Part shown: positions 50,095-61,170 of the stretch, piece by piece
Numbering within the stretch: position 1 is the first letter of the stretch
How the letters are laid out: each line of letters starts with the position of its first letter
DNA from: an uncultured Verrucomicrobiae bacterium
GTDB taxonomy: Bacteria; Verrucomicrobiota; Verrucomicrobiia; Chthoniobacterales; JAFAMB01
Direction of reading: 5' to 3'
Length of the DNA: 64,000 nt
Assembly (NCBI GenBank): GCA_963813025.1
Contig: CAWEXO010000001.1
Span: forward strand, 167,786 to 231,785
Made by a program: the position numbers and the translations under genes
The notes under the pieces: model-generated
What the model saw: the letters and a program-made list of their open reading frames with translations, nothing else
Database searches by the model: none
Told to the model about the DNA's origin: nothing

Positions 50095-51918
50095 TCAGGC
50101 CGAGCGCGTGAAACCATCCGCACTCCATTCTTCGCTACCCACTCCGTGATGGACGAAGAAGAGTCCGGCGGGATCATACTTTGCCTTCACTGCGTGCAAT
50201 TTCGGGTAGTTCGTCCCCCAAAAGGACTGTTGCCACGACTGCTGGAAAAAGTTGCTCTCTGCGACATAAGACCCAGCGTCTGGTGCGATCTTCCGTAGTT
50301 CAGCCATCGACGCGGCGATCTCGGCAGCATGTTTGCGTGCGACTGCCAAATCAGGCTCATGGCCAGGAATACCAGGGTACGCCGGTGGACCTCCGCCGCC
50401 AATGATTGCTAGGGCAAAGGCGTCCAGTACCGCGGGATTCATCGCGGTATCTTTGGCGGCCGCTACGGCATCGGTCGGCGCGCCGGCCAATCCTTTATTG
50501 AAATGCAAGGCGACCGTCCAATGCCGGCTGCTCGCGAAGACTGCGTCGGCGAGCGACTGCTGCTGTTCCTTTTCCAGCAGCGAAGCGGGTAGCCAGACGG
50601 ACTCGTAGCCGTGCCAGAACTTCCCCACCTCGCCTTGGTTGCTCGCCCACCACACATGAGTTTCAGGCGCGCCCGGCCGTTGGTCGACAAACACCAAGCC
50701 AGGCAAGTTCTTCCTCAGAAACTCTGCGTCCCAGTGTTTCCGAGCGGGCAGGCTCGCGATTGTCCGAGCCGCCGCCAAAGTAAACTCCAGGGGCGATCCA
50801 GTCACCCAGTCCAGGAATGGCTGCCAGACATTCTCTGCGTGTTGCTTGTCGAGCCCTTGAAATAACATCGTTATGGCCAGGGTATTGTCCTGTCGAAAAG
50901 CAACAGTTTCGCCCCAGTGCGGATTGAAAAGACTGTCGTGATAGAAGCTGATGAATTGGCTGATCAGCCGGCGGAAGGCGGCATCCGAGGTAGCCTTGAT
51001 TGTCGCACCGACTATGCCGATAAACGCTGGAAGCTCGAGCGTCCTGAGGGTGACCCTCGTAACAACGCCAAAGCTGCCTCCTCCTCCACCTTTGATCGCC
51101 CAAAATAAGTCGGGATTTGTGCAGGCATTGGCGATGCGCACTTCGCCGTCGGCAGTTACAATCTCGGCTTCCAGGAGTCCCGCCGCGGCCATACCATAGT
51201 TCTTCGAAAAGCTTCCGAAACCGCCACCTTGAATGAGTCCAGTGACACCGACGGTTAAGCAGCCGCCGCCCTGCACGTAACGACCATTCATGGTGGTGAC
51301 AACCTTGTAAGCGTCTATCCACATCGCTCCCGCCTCGATCGTGACAGCCGGTTGCGGGCCCTGACTGTTCGCACATCCCTGGCCGACGAAAGCGTCGTGC
51401 ATAACGATGTTGTTCATTGCCCGCGTCCAGATCAGCAGAGAATCCGCCGCATTGGAGGTGCCTTGATAGCTGTGGCCACCGCCTTTGATAACAAGCCGCA
51501 GATTATTCTGACGGGCAAAGTTAACGGCGGCAACAACGTCAGCGGTATTGCTCGCCGCAACTGCGTACGCGCTCGGCGCTGAGATCCATGCATCGACCCA
51601 CCCGGTTGTTTGCGTGGCGCCAAGCTGGTCTCCGATGTAGTAAGGGTTTTGTAAATTCTTGAGGACCTCCTGACAGGCGGCACTATCCGCTGCGGATTCG
51701 CAAGCAGCGAAAGGGGACGACACTTTCATCAGACGCCCTCCAACGTCTTGGTTCAGCTTGTCCCAGCTTTCGGCCGTTGGCCAGGTTGGATCAGAAGGGC
51801 GCACACGTCGAGCGGAGGAGCCGAGGACAGCCGCTTGCATCGACGCCGGAAGGTGCCGCAAGAGGAAATGCAAGAAAGGGAGCGCGGCGAGGCGCCTGAG
51901 GAAGGTTCTTTTATTCAT
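50095..51918 (-). CDS. FAD-linked oxidoreductase (VAO/BBE family), probable Tat export
   Basis: MNKRTFL signal; KGGGHSY and GGGC.TVG (His/Cys flavinylation positions), DLFWAIKGGGG, and the C-terminal BBE motif WG.NY.KL..VK.KYDP..LF. Confidence 0.9.
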   Translation of the reverse strand: MNKRTFLRRLAALPFLHFLLRHLPASMQAAVLGSSARRVRPSDPTWPTAESWDKLNQDVGGRLMKVSSPFAACESAADSAACQEVLKNLQNPYYIGDQLGATQTTGWVDAWISAPSAYAVAASNTADVVAAVNFARQNNLRLVIKGGGHSYQGTSNAADSLLIWTRAMNNIVMHDAFVGQGCANSQGPQPAVTIEAGAMWIDAYKVVTTMNGRYVQGGGCLTVGVTGLIQGGGFGSFSKNYGMAAAGLLEAEIVTADGEVRIANACTNPDLFWAIKGGGGGSFGVVTRVTLRTLELPAFIGIVGATIKATSDAAFRRLISQFISFYHDSLFNPHWGETVAFRQDNTLAITMLFQGLDKQHAENVWQPFLDWVTGSPLEFTLAAARTIASLPARKHWDAEFLRKNLPGLVFVDQRPGAPETHVWWASNQGEVGKFWHGYESVWLPASLLEKEQQQSLADAVFASSRHWTVALHFNKGLAGAPTDAVAAAKDTAMNPAVLDAFALAIIGGGGPPAYPGIPGHEPDLAVARKHAAEIAASMAELRKIAPDAGSYVAESNFFQQSWQQSFWGTNYPKLHAVKAKYDPAGLFFVHHGVGSEEWSADGFTRSA

Positions 51919-52780
51919 CGTTACCAGTGCCAGTGTCAGTGCCAGTGCTAGTGACCGTCATCTGTATTTCGGCGGTTTACCTTTTTTTTGCTGTCCTGAG
52001 TCGGAGCGCTCGTTCGTCGTCTACTTGAAACCAAACGGAAGATTCATTCGATGACTAGCAGTTTCCTCAATCCGCCGATAGCCGAAAGGCGACGCTCCGA
52101 TCGGATCCGGAGTGACGTTACTGCTTCTTCTTTCACGTTGACGCTGCTGTTCATGATGACCGTTGCCGCCGCCTGTTCTGATCACCCAGTACTGTGGCAT
52201 TTGATCGGCACCATCCCGCTGACTGCTGTCTTTGTCGTGACCGCGCTTTTTGAAAAGCGGCTAGGCCGACGCCGAGCTGCCCGTTCGGGCCGCAGCAGTG
52301 TTTTGGAGTGCGTGCGACTTGTCGCCGCTTTGAGATCGCGCCGAGCGCGGACGCGAACCGGACGGCTCGAACGAGTTTTCGCCGAAGGCTCCTCCTTCGC
52401 TAAAGCTTCGGCGGACACGTCACATAAAATGCGAGCCGTTTTCGGAGTGGCATCAAGGACGAGGAGCGGTAGGGATGAGCTCACGACTGCGGACAAGCCT
52501 TCGTCGCGGCCAGGATATGGAATAGCACAAGCGCTTGACCGGAGGGCGCGCCGTAGCCCCTGCGGAGGTGGCCTGCTCGTCCAGGTCGAGACGTGATCCA
52601 ACACTAAGGAGGTCAAGCGGGAGCTTGCCCCCCTCCCGACCCTGGGTGTTGCCAGACAACCTCTAAATTCTCGCGCTACCAGACACAGGCCGAGCCCGCG
52701 GTGTGAGACAATGGCTGAGTTGTCGCCCGCCGGCACACGGCTTTCATGCCGCCTGTTTCTGGTGCCGGATCGCACCAGCA

Positions 52781-53737
52781 TCAAGGCACGCCGTGTCCCA
52801 GAGCCGCCGTATAGATTTGGTACCACTCGACTCGGGACAGCTCCACCCGAATCGCTTCAGCGCACGCCTCGATGCGCTTCGGATTCGCTGTGCCAATTAC
52901 CGGCTTGATACCGGCTGGATGCCGCAGGATCCAAGCCAAGACGATGGCCTCGCGGGAGACTCCATGCTCGTTCGCGATCTTTTGCACCAGGGTTGCCGTC
53001 GTTTTGACGCGCGTCTCCGCGTCCAGCGGGAGGGGTTTGCCGGTCAGTAATCCCTTCCCCAGCCGAGAATACGCCTGCAGTTCGATTCCGTGAATACGGC
53101 AATACTCGATAATTCCTTCGCCCGGAATCCCGTATTGCGGACGCCGCATATTGGCATGAATCGCTGCGTCATGCAGAACGGCATGAAGAGGATTGTACTC
53201 GATCTGATTCACCACGACGGGTTGATCAAGGTACGCGTCAAGCAAAGCCATCTGAGCGGGTGAATGATTGCTCACTCCGAACCGCGGACCCGTCCGGTGC
53301 GATGCAGCAGATCGAAAGCCTTTGCCACTTCGATCGGTTCGACCAACGGATCCGGTCGATGCAGCAAAAGCACGTCAAGATAATGAGTCTGCAACCGGCG
53401 CAGACTTTTCTCCACCGATTCGACGATATGTTCGAAACTGAAATCGAACATGCCCGGCGAATTATGGGTGGGGCGGATTATTCCGCACTTGCTTTGCACG
53501 ATGATCTGGTCACGCAGTCCGGCACGACTGGAGAGGAATTCGCCAAAGACCCTCAGATTTTCCCCCGCAATAGATATCGGCATGATCAAAATAGTTGATC
53601 CCGTTTTCTAAAGCCGCGTCGAGGGCGGTCCGGGCCGAATAATGTGTTTCGGCAGCCAGGGGAGCGGCATCCCAGCTGCCGCCGATTGTCATACATCCAA
53701 AAATGAGTGGAGAAGAGGCTTGTTTTGACTCGGTCAT
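52781..53737 (-). CDS. Aldo/keto reductase (YdhF-like), split by two frameshifts
   Basis: Pieces 53510-53737 (FGCM, FDHADIY), 53272-53589 (QSKCGI, LLLHRPD) and 52781-53275 (VSN, NQIE, AWILRHP, PVIGT) are colinear. Confidence 0.85.
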
Positions 53738-54180
53738 GCCAGTGCCATTTCAGTGTCAGTGCCAGTGCTAGTGCCGCGCAACGATCGGAACGCGGCGCAG
53801 GAGAGGAGCAATCCAAACGCTTCGGCGCGAACTATCCGCGCGGGAGGCTCGCCCGGAGATTTATTTTCGCAGGTTTCTCTTCGCACTGCTACCCTGAGAA
53901 TTCGATCAGTTTGGCGAGGATTTTCATGCCGCGACGGTTTTGCCCTCGGGTAAGGCGCACGGCCTCGGGGGTCGTCTCCCGGGATACGGACGGGGCCGTC
54001 CGCGCTACGCCGGTGCGCTCGCGTGAACCCTTTTCAGCAGCCGGATATGTTCGAGAACGAGGACGATTTGGCTGTCGGCTACGCCGCGCTGTGATCTTCG
54101 TGGTCTTCTGTGAAGAAATCCATGGGGACACAGGCTGGAAGCCAGTCCCACTTTTTTTTGCGGATACCGCCAGGCGCGCG

Positions 54181-54624
54181 TCAGAAGAGGACACCGGCGT
54201 GGAATTCTGCCCAATCTTCCAGGTTGTTCAGGCTTACCGCATCGCGTGGCAGCTTCTGATCATCTCCCGAGACGCCGCAAGCTTTCAAAATTCCGCGCCG
54301 CGTTTCGTCCGAATGTAGATAAGACCGGATCGCGTGATTGCTTGCTTCAATACTGGCCTGATCGACTTTAGCGCCGGGCTGATTCTTGACCCACTGTTCG
54401 AACTGCGGGTAGGTCGGTTTCTCGGTCTTGATGTAGTGCCGGACCCGTTCCGGTTCTAGGTTGAGCGCCTTCAACACCATGCTATCGAAGCCGGCTCCAA
54501 TACCGGGATACCCTTCACAGAGGAGTCCTTTGCTTTCGAGCGAGACTTTTTGCCAGAGCCTAGGCAGATGAATCACGCCGAGCGGCCCGGCCACACCAGA
54601 GCTGATAAGGGGAACATAGTTCAT
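54181..54624 (-). CDS. DUF5069 domain protein
   Basis: VPLISSGVAGPLGV.HLPRLWQK...GL..GY...G.GFD.MV, KPTYPQFE.W, DAV.LNNLEDW.EFH. Confidence 0.8.
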   Translation of the reverse strand: MNYVPLISSGVAGPLGVIHLPRLWQKVSLESKGLLCEGYPGIGAGFDSMVLKALNLEPERVRHYIKTEKPTYPQFEQWVKNQPGAKVDQASIEASNHAIRSYLHSDETRRGILKACGVSGDDQKLPRDAVSLNNLEDWAEFHAGVLF

Positions 54625-55065
54625 GACTTAGTCTAGATTCTTGGTTCCGGTTTTCAACCGATGCTGTGCTTATCCGCCAGATAGAGTAGACCTTCGCAGC
54701 CAGGTTCTTTCAGTGGGCCTGGAAACAACGAACATTCATAATCCGAGTAGCAGGACTGGCTGAACTTAGACGGCGAAGATCAGCGAGCTCTGATTCTCCC
54801 TTACCTTTGCGATCTTTGCGACCCCTGTGTTGATATCCATTTTTTATCGTGTTACTCTGTTATGCTGCGAAATAATGGCGAATTTTGTTCTCGTTTTGTT
54901 GCTTAAGGGGATATCAAGGCTGGATACTAGATCCTGACTCCTAGCTCCGTCCCCTGGCCGGACGCACTCCATGACAGCCAGGACACTTTCGCGAAAAAAG
55001 CGCAACAAAAAAGTTGCGCTTAATCGATGGATGCGCGAAAGCATTAAGCAACCAAGAGGTTGCAT

Positions 55066-55518
55066 ATGACTGATTGCATTGAAAAGACGATTGAATTGAA
55101 GGCCCCGGTGTCCCGCGTTTGGCGAGCATTAACTGATCATGAGGAGTTCGGAAAGTGGTTTCATGTCCGGCTGGACGGGTCGTTTGTTCCAGGGCAGGTT
55201 TCGCGCGGGCAGATAACCTCCCCCGGTTACGAGCATATCCGCTGGGAGGCAGTAGTTCAGAAAATCGAGCCCGAGCGACTGTTCTCTTTCACCTGGCATC
55301 CCTACGCGGTCGATCCGAATGAGGATTACACTGGTGAACCGCCGACGTTTGTCGAGTTCACTTTGACGCCGACCGCGAGCGGAACCCTGCTGCGCCTCGT
55401 CGAGTCCGGTTTCGATAAGATCCCCGGCAAGCGCCGCTTCGAAGCGTTCCGCATGAACGATGACGGTTGGAGCGATCAGATGGAAAATATCGCGCGGCAT
55501 GTCGAACAGACGTCCTAG
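55066..55518 (+). CDS. SRPBCC/AHSA1-like family protein
   Basis: IEK.IEL.AP.SRVWRALTD..EFG.WF, FSFTWHPYA, ESGFD..P..RR..A.RMN..GW. Confidence 0.9.
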   Translation: MTDCIEKTIELKAPVSRVWRALTDHEEFGKWFHVRLDGSFVPGQVSRGQITSPGYEHIRWEAVVQKIEPERLFSFTWHPYAVDPNEDYTGEPPTFVEFTLTPTASGTLLRLVESGFDKIPGKRRFEAFRMNDDGWSDQMENIARHVEQTS

Positions 55519-55843
55519 CCCGGCACATGCGATAAAATCGCGCGCAACGGTGTTTGCTGCGCTCGGCGATGCGACGCGGCTATCGGTGTTGACAAAGCTC
55601 TGTGATGGCCGCGCCCAGTCTATTTCTCGCCTGACCGCGGGCACGAAGCTGTCGCGCCAAGCCGTGACAAAGCACCTCCGAGTCCTGGAGAACGCAGGTG
55701 TGGTGCGCAGCATACACCGCGGCCGCGAAAGCTTGTTTGAACTCGAACCGCGGCCGATCGAGGAGGTGCAGAATTATCTCGCTCAGGTATCCAAACAGTG
55801 GGACGAGGCGTTGGCGCGGCTGAAATCGCAGGTGGAAGCCTGA
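55499..55843 (+). CDS. ArsR/SmtB family transcriptional regulator
   Basis: VFAALGD.TRL, SRQAVTKHLRVLE.AG.V....GRE, QWDEALARLK. Confidence 0.9.
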   Translation: MSNRRPSPAHAIKSRATVFAALGDATRLSVLTKLCDGRAQSISRLTAGTKLSRQAVTKHLRVLENAGVVRSIHRGRESLFELEPRPIEEVQNYLAQVSKQWDEALARLKSQVEA

Positions 55844-55949
55844 CGAGTCCCGAGTCCGGAGTAACGTTTCTCGCGCGGCAACTAATGCATATGCCCCGCG
55901 CTCGCCACTCGGGACTACTTTAGTTCGTGACCACCGTCGCATCTTTGCA

Positions 55950-57079
55950 CTAGTGCCTAATTGCGTAAGTTAGTTATATGTATGGCGACTTTCCCCTGGT
56001 GTACCTGGGATTTGGTCCATTCGAAGGGAGCCGCATTGTTATTGTAGTTCTTGATGAAGGTGTCGATGGCGTTGCGCAGCTCTGCCACGCTGGTGAAGTT
56101 TGCCCCCTGGAGGGCTTGGCGGCTCAAGATACTAAACCAGATCTCAATCTGGTTGAGCCAAGAAGCGTGGGTTGGAGTGAAATGAAAATGCACATTGGGG
56201 TGAGCCTTCAACCAGCGATCTTGCTTTGGCTTATGGGTCGCAAGGTTGTCTAAGACCACATGAATTTCTTTGTCGAGATTTCCGGCAACTACCTGGTTCA
56301 TAAACTCCAGGAATTCCCGTCGGCGCTGGCGCCGGTAATGACCAGCCTGCACTTGGCCGCTGGCAATGTTGAGGGCGGCAAAGAGAGTGGAGGTGCCATG
56401 GCGCTTGTACTCGTGGCTAAAACCCGTCAGCGCCCTGCCATTGGGCAAGCGAATCCAACCTTGGGCTCTTTCCAGGGCTTGAATGGCTGGTTTTTCATCA
56501 ATGGCCAAGATGAGCGCATTCTGGGGCGGATTGAGATAAAGACCGACAATGTCAGCGGCCTTGCGCACAAACTCCGGATCGGTGGAAATGCACCAGCTGC
56601 GGCGCCGTTCCAATTCAATGCCTTGTTGGCGCAAAATGCGCCAGACTTGATCGGAGGAAACATCGGCCAGACTCTGCGCCAGCAGTCGCCCATTCCAGCG
56701 CCCGTAGCCCGCCGGTGGATCTTCATCCAGCAGCGCCAAGACCCGCTTGACCGTCATTTGATCATACTTGGCCGGCTTTCCACTGCGTGGCGCGTCTTCC
56801 AAGCCAGCCAGGCCTTGGCGCACAAAGCGCCGCCGCCATTTACTCACCGTCACCTCGGGAATGCGCAGGCTCTTGGCAATCGCACGTCCACTCAAGCCCG
56901 CTGCCGCCTTCAAGATAATCTGACTCCTGACCTTGAGCCGGTGTTCGACCCGTTGCGCTCGACTCCAACCCTCCAAGAGCTTGCGGTTTTCCACAGAAAG
57001 TTTGATGCGACCCGTTGCCATCCATCCAACAAATCATAATTTTTCATAAATATAAAGAACTAAAGCAACTAAGTACTAG
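55950..57079 (-). mobile_element. IS630 family insertion sequence
   Basis: Imperfect ~35-bp terminal inverted repeats (CTAGTGCCTAATTGCGTAAGTTAGTTATATGTATG versus reverse complement of right end CTAGTACTTAGTTGCTTTAGTTCTTTATATTTATG); CTAG/TA at both ends. Confidence 0.92.
55957..57021 (-). CDS. IS630 family transposase
   Basis: HTH region (V.KWR.RF...GL.GL.DAPRSG.P); DDE residues in IDEK, VLDNL.TH and WLNQIE.WF; HEYKRHGT..LFAAL. Confidence 0.95.
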   Translation of the reverse strand: MATGRIKLSVENRKLLEGWSRAQRVEHRLKVRSQIILKAAAGLSGRAIAKSLRIPEVTVSKWRRRFVRQGLAGLEDAPRSGKPAKYDQMTVKRVLALLDEDPPAGYGRWNGRLLAQSLADVSSDQVWRILRQQGIELERRRSWCISTDPEFVRKAADIVGLYLNPPQNALILAIDEKPAIQALERAQGWIRLPNGRALTGFSHEYKRHGTSTLFAALNIASGQVQAGHYRRQRRREFLEFMNQVVAGNLDKEIHVVLDNLATHKPKQDRWLKAHPNVHFHFTPTHASWLNQIEIWFSILSRQALQGANFTSVAELRNAIDTFIKNYNNNAAPFEWTKSQVHQGKVAIHITNLRN

Positions 57080-57104
57080 GCTGTTTCTTGTCCCCACCCT
57101 CAAA

Positions 57105-57835
57105 ATGAAAAAGCTGCTTTGTCTTTTTGGTTTTTTCCACTGCGCTGACCGGCCTATGTCTGGCCGAGCCGTTCCGGATCGTGGCCTACGACGATTCGAT
57201 TACTTATGGCTGGATACCTAATGCTAATCCGCCGAGCACCCGATACGGTCCGCAGGATCGTTGGCCGGGCGCCTTGCAAAAGGAACTCGGAGACAATTTC
57301 CAGGTGATCGAGGAAGGCCTGGACGGCAGAACCACGGATGCAGCAGATCCGAGCTCGCCGATCAGCGGCGCCCAACTCGACGCGAGCGCATACCTTCCCG
57401 CGTGTCTCGCTTCTCATTTGCCGGTGGATCTCGTCGTCATCATACTTGGAACGAATGACCTTAAACCGGCCTTCAACCGGACTCCTCTGCGTATTGCGAT
57501 GGGGGCTGCTCACCTGATTAATCTGGTGAACACTTTGAATGGAGGTGTCGGCACCAATTACAAAAACCCAAAGGTCTTGCTCATCTGTCCCCCTCCCCTG
57601 AATCCGGAAATCGAAAAGGGACCGATCTTTGGTGAGATGTTCAAAGGGCGGCCTGGAGAAATCCCGGCAACTTTCCCCGCTCTATGAAGCTGTAGCAAAA
57701 ATGGGCGGTGCAGAATTTCTGGACGCCGGATCAGTCATTTCAACCGATGGAGTTGACGGCTTACATCTTACAGCCGAATCCGAGAGAAAGCTCGGGGCCG
57801 CCGTAGCCGCAAAGGTAAAAGAGATGATGAAGTAG
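57105..57835 (+). CDS. SGNH/GDSL hydrolase with signal peptide, two frameshifts
   Basis: DSITYGW, RW.G.L, EEGLDGRTT, LGTND, DGLH; indels near 57125 and 57650. Confidence 0.82.
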
Positions 57836-58114
57836 TGGCAGTGCCAGTTGCTGGTGCCAGTGCGCTCGCGCTTCCCCGGGTGAAGCGTATGGCAGATACG
57901 GACGAGGCCGTCCGCGCTATGGGCTGACCTTGGCACAAACGCCTGACCGGAGGGCGCGTCGTAGCCTTGCGGAGGTGGCCAGCTCGTCCGGGATTGAGAT
58001 GTGACCCAACACCAAGGAGGTCAAGCGGGAGCTTGCCCCTACCGACCTTGGGTGCTGCGGACCTTCAAACTGTTCAGTTCCTCGTAAATTCTCGCAGAAA
58101 AACAAGATATCTGC

Positions 58115-58808
58115 TTCAGGCGTGCGCCGACGACGCGCGCGTCAGAGTAATCGTGGTAACCGGCGCCGGCCGCGGCTTCTGCCCCGGCGCGGACATGAAC
58201 GACCTGAGCTCCCTCTCCAGCGACGGCGATCCCGCTCGAGACGAGAGCGAGCCGCACCGATAGCAGGCCGATCACCTTTGCCATGTCGATTCCCAAACCG
58301 GTGATCGCGGCGATCAATGGCGCCTGTGACGGGTCTGGGGCTCGCGTTCGCGCTCACCTGCGATGTCCGTTTCTGCGCGCAGAACGCGAAGCTGACCACG
58401 GCGTTCTCGCGGCGCGGACTGATCGCCGAGCACGGAATTTCCTGGATCCTGCCGCGACTGGTCGGACCGGCCCGCGCGCTCGACCTGCTCATCTCGGCCC
58501 GGGTGTTCCGCGGCTCTGAGGCGGCCGAGCTCGGGCTGGTCAACCGTGCCGTCGAGGAGGAAGAGCTGCTCGAGGTCGCGCTCGAGTACGCGCGCGACGT
58601 GGGCCACGAATGTGTCTCCGGCGAGCATGGCGACGATCAAACGGCAGGTCTACGAGGCGATGAGCAGACCGCTCGACGACGCACTGGAGCACGCCAACCA
58701 GCTGATGCTCGAATCGTTCTCGAAGCTGGATTCGCCGAGGGGCCTGAGCTTCTGCTCGAGAAGCGCCCGCCCGAGTTCGCACCGCTCGCGGCCGCGGTCA
58801 GCGACTGA
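58115..58808 (+). pseudogene. Enoyl-CoA hydratase/isomerase, 5'-truncated, several indels
   Basis: VRVIVVTGAGRGFCPGAD, PKPVIAAING, CDVRF, AF.RRGLIAEHG.SW.LPRLVG, EKRPP.F across shifting frames. Confidence 0.8.
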
Positions 58809-58841
58809 TTCGGTACCCGCTGTCACGGGTACGGCATTCCC

Positions 58842-59307
58842 ATGGCACAAAGAATTGAACGTCGCAGATCTGCGCATCTCGTCACCCGCGTTTGACGGCC
58901 ACGGCAGGATCCCCGAGCGCCACACCGGCGACGGCGAGGACATCGCGCCCGCGCTCGAGTTCGGGCGTGCCGGAGGGCACCAAGGCGATCGCGATCGTCG
59001 TGCACGATCCCGACGCTCCACTCGTCGACGGCTTCACCCACTGGGTGGCTTACAGGATCCCCGGGGACGCCACAGGCGTTCCGGAAGGGGCGAGGGGGTC
59101 GTCGCCGGCAGCAACTCATTCGGCAACACCGGCTACAACGGCCCCGCGCCGCCCCCTGGCCACGGCCCGCACCATTACTACTTCTGGGTCTACGCGCTCG
59201 ACGATGACCTCGATCTGCCGCCCGGGCTCGACCGGCGCGCGCTGCTCGAGCAGATCGAGGACCACGTGATCGAGCAGGCGCGCGTCATCGGGACCTACGA
59301 GCACTAG
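58842..59307 (+). CDS. YbhB/YbcL (PEBP) family protein, frameshifted
   Basis: ISSPAF..HGRIP..HT.DG, VHDPDAP...GFTHW, Y.GP.PP.GHG.HHY.F.VYALD. Confidence 0.82.
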
Positions 59308-59308
59308 G

Positions 59309-59520
59309 TTGGCGCTCGACCGCGAGGACATCGAGCGCATCCTCGCGGACGCCGGAACCGACGAGGCCGCGTTGGGGCTGCACCGTCGGCTGAAGGGGAA
59401 GGTTTCGATCGCGCCGAAGCTTGAGTTGCGTGGAGGCGCTCGAGCTCGCCTACACGCCCGGTGTCGGTGCCGTCAGCCGCCACCTCGCCGAGAACACGGA
59501 AGATCTCCGAGCCTGTAGGA
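59309..59520 (+). pseudogene. Malic enzyme N-terminal fragment
   Basis: ALGLHRRLKGKVSIAPK...LELAYTPGVGAVS; the rest of the enzyme is not recognisable. Confidence 0.55.
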
Positions 59521-59955
59521 CCTGCGCCGTCCTCCCCGTCGAGGTCGACACGACCGGCGCCCCTTCGACCCCTGTGGACCGGCGGACTGCGGCGCGGCGA
59601 CCTTCGTCCATACACGGCACGAGGATCCTGACCCTCGCCTAGGCGCGATACTGGACACGCGATGTCCTCCGAGCACCGAGACCTTCCGCCGCGCCGCGTC
59701 GAGGTCACGGTCGAGTGGCACGCGGGCGGGCGCCGACTCGTAGCGCCGCGGCGCGCGCTCGCGCTGGCGCCGCGGTGGTCGCAGCCGTCGCTGCGATCGT
59801 GGTCGCCGAGACGCCGTCGAGCCAGTCCGCAGCCACGAATATGGGCATCCCCCTGCGCTGCGAGCGCACCGAAACCCCCCGCATATTCATCGGCGACAGT
59901 CACCCCACCATCCCCCGCGCGGTGCACGTGCCGGGCTGCCCCTAGGCTACGCGGC

Positions 59956-61170
59956 GTGAACTTCGAGCTCTCCGACCGGGCGAAGGACTCCATGAGCGCC
60001 TCCCGCGTTCATGCACGAGCGCGTCTATCCGGCCGAACCCGAGTGGCTGGCGGCGATCAATGGGCCGCCGACGGCCCCCACGTCCACCCGCCGATCATCG
60101 AGGAGCTCAAGCCGAGGCCCGCCGGCGCGGCTGTGGAACCTGTTCCTGCCCGATGAGGAGCACGGCGCCGGCCTCAGCAACGTCGACTACGCGCCGCTCG
60201 CCGAGCTGATGGGCCGCAGAGGATCGCCGTCGGAGGCGTGCAACTGCTCGCGCCCGACACCGGCAACATGGAGGTGCTGCACCAGTTCGGCACGCCGGAG
60301 CAGAAGGATCGCTGGCTGACGCCGCTGCTCGACGGCGAGATCCGCTCGGCGTTCGCGATGACCGAGCCGACGGTCGCTTCGTCAGACGCCACGAACATCG
60401 AGCTGCGGATCGAAACAAGGCGACGAGTACGTGCTCAACGGCCGCAAATGGTGGACGACCAACGCGCTCCACCCGAACCTGCGGATCCTGATCGTGATGG
60501 GCAAGACGAACCCGCAGGCGCCCACCTACCAGCAGCAGTCGATGGTGCTGGTGCCCTCCGACACGCCCGGAGTCACGGTCCTCGGAACCTATCTGTGTTC
60601 GGCTACGACGACCACCAGGGCCACGGCGAGGTCGAGTTCTCAGACGTCCGCGTGCCGGCGGAGAACATCATCGCCGGCGAGGGGATGGGCTTTATGATCG
60701 CCCAGGCGCGGCTCGGGCCGGGGCGGATCCACCACTGCATCGCGCGATCGGGGTCGCCGAGCGGGCGCTCGAACTGATGTGCGAGCGCGCCGACGAGCGC
60801 GAGGCGTTCGGCACTCGGTCTCGCACTACGGGAACATCCGCGACTGGATCGCCGAGAGCCGGATCGACCTCGAGATGGCCCGGCTGCTGGTGATGAAGAC
60901 GGCGTGGCTGATGGACACGGTCGGCAACCAGCACGCCCGGATCGAGATCTCCGGGATCAAGTTCGCCGTCCCCAAGATCTGCCTGCGGATCGTCGATCGC
61001 GCGATTCAGGTTCACGGCGGCGGCGGCGTCTCGGCGACTTCCCGCTCGCCGCGATGTACGCGGGCCTGCGCACGCTGCGGCTCGCCGACGGTCCGGACGA
61101 GGTCCACAAGCTGTCGCTCGCTCGCCAGGAGCTCCGCCGCCAGCGAGAGCGCCGCGGCGACACGCGCTAA
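59956..61170 (+). CDS. Acyl-CoA dehydrogenase (ACAD10/11, FadE2-like), many indels
   Basis: [73 protein letters not shown]. Confidence 0.88.

Noticed and set aside
52781..53737. Programmed frameshifting in the aldo/keto reductase (also SBP 19110 and SGNH)
   Set aside because: No slippery heptamer with stimulatory structure was seen; scattered single-base indels fit long-read error or decay better.
56260..57039. 259-aa plus-strand ORF inside IS630
   Set aside because: Antisense shadow of the transposase with no independent motifs.
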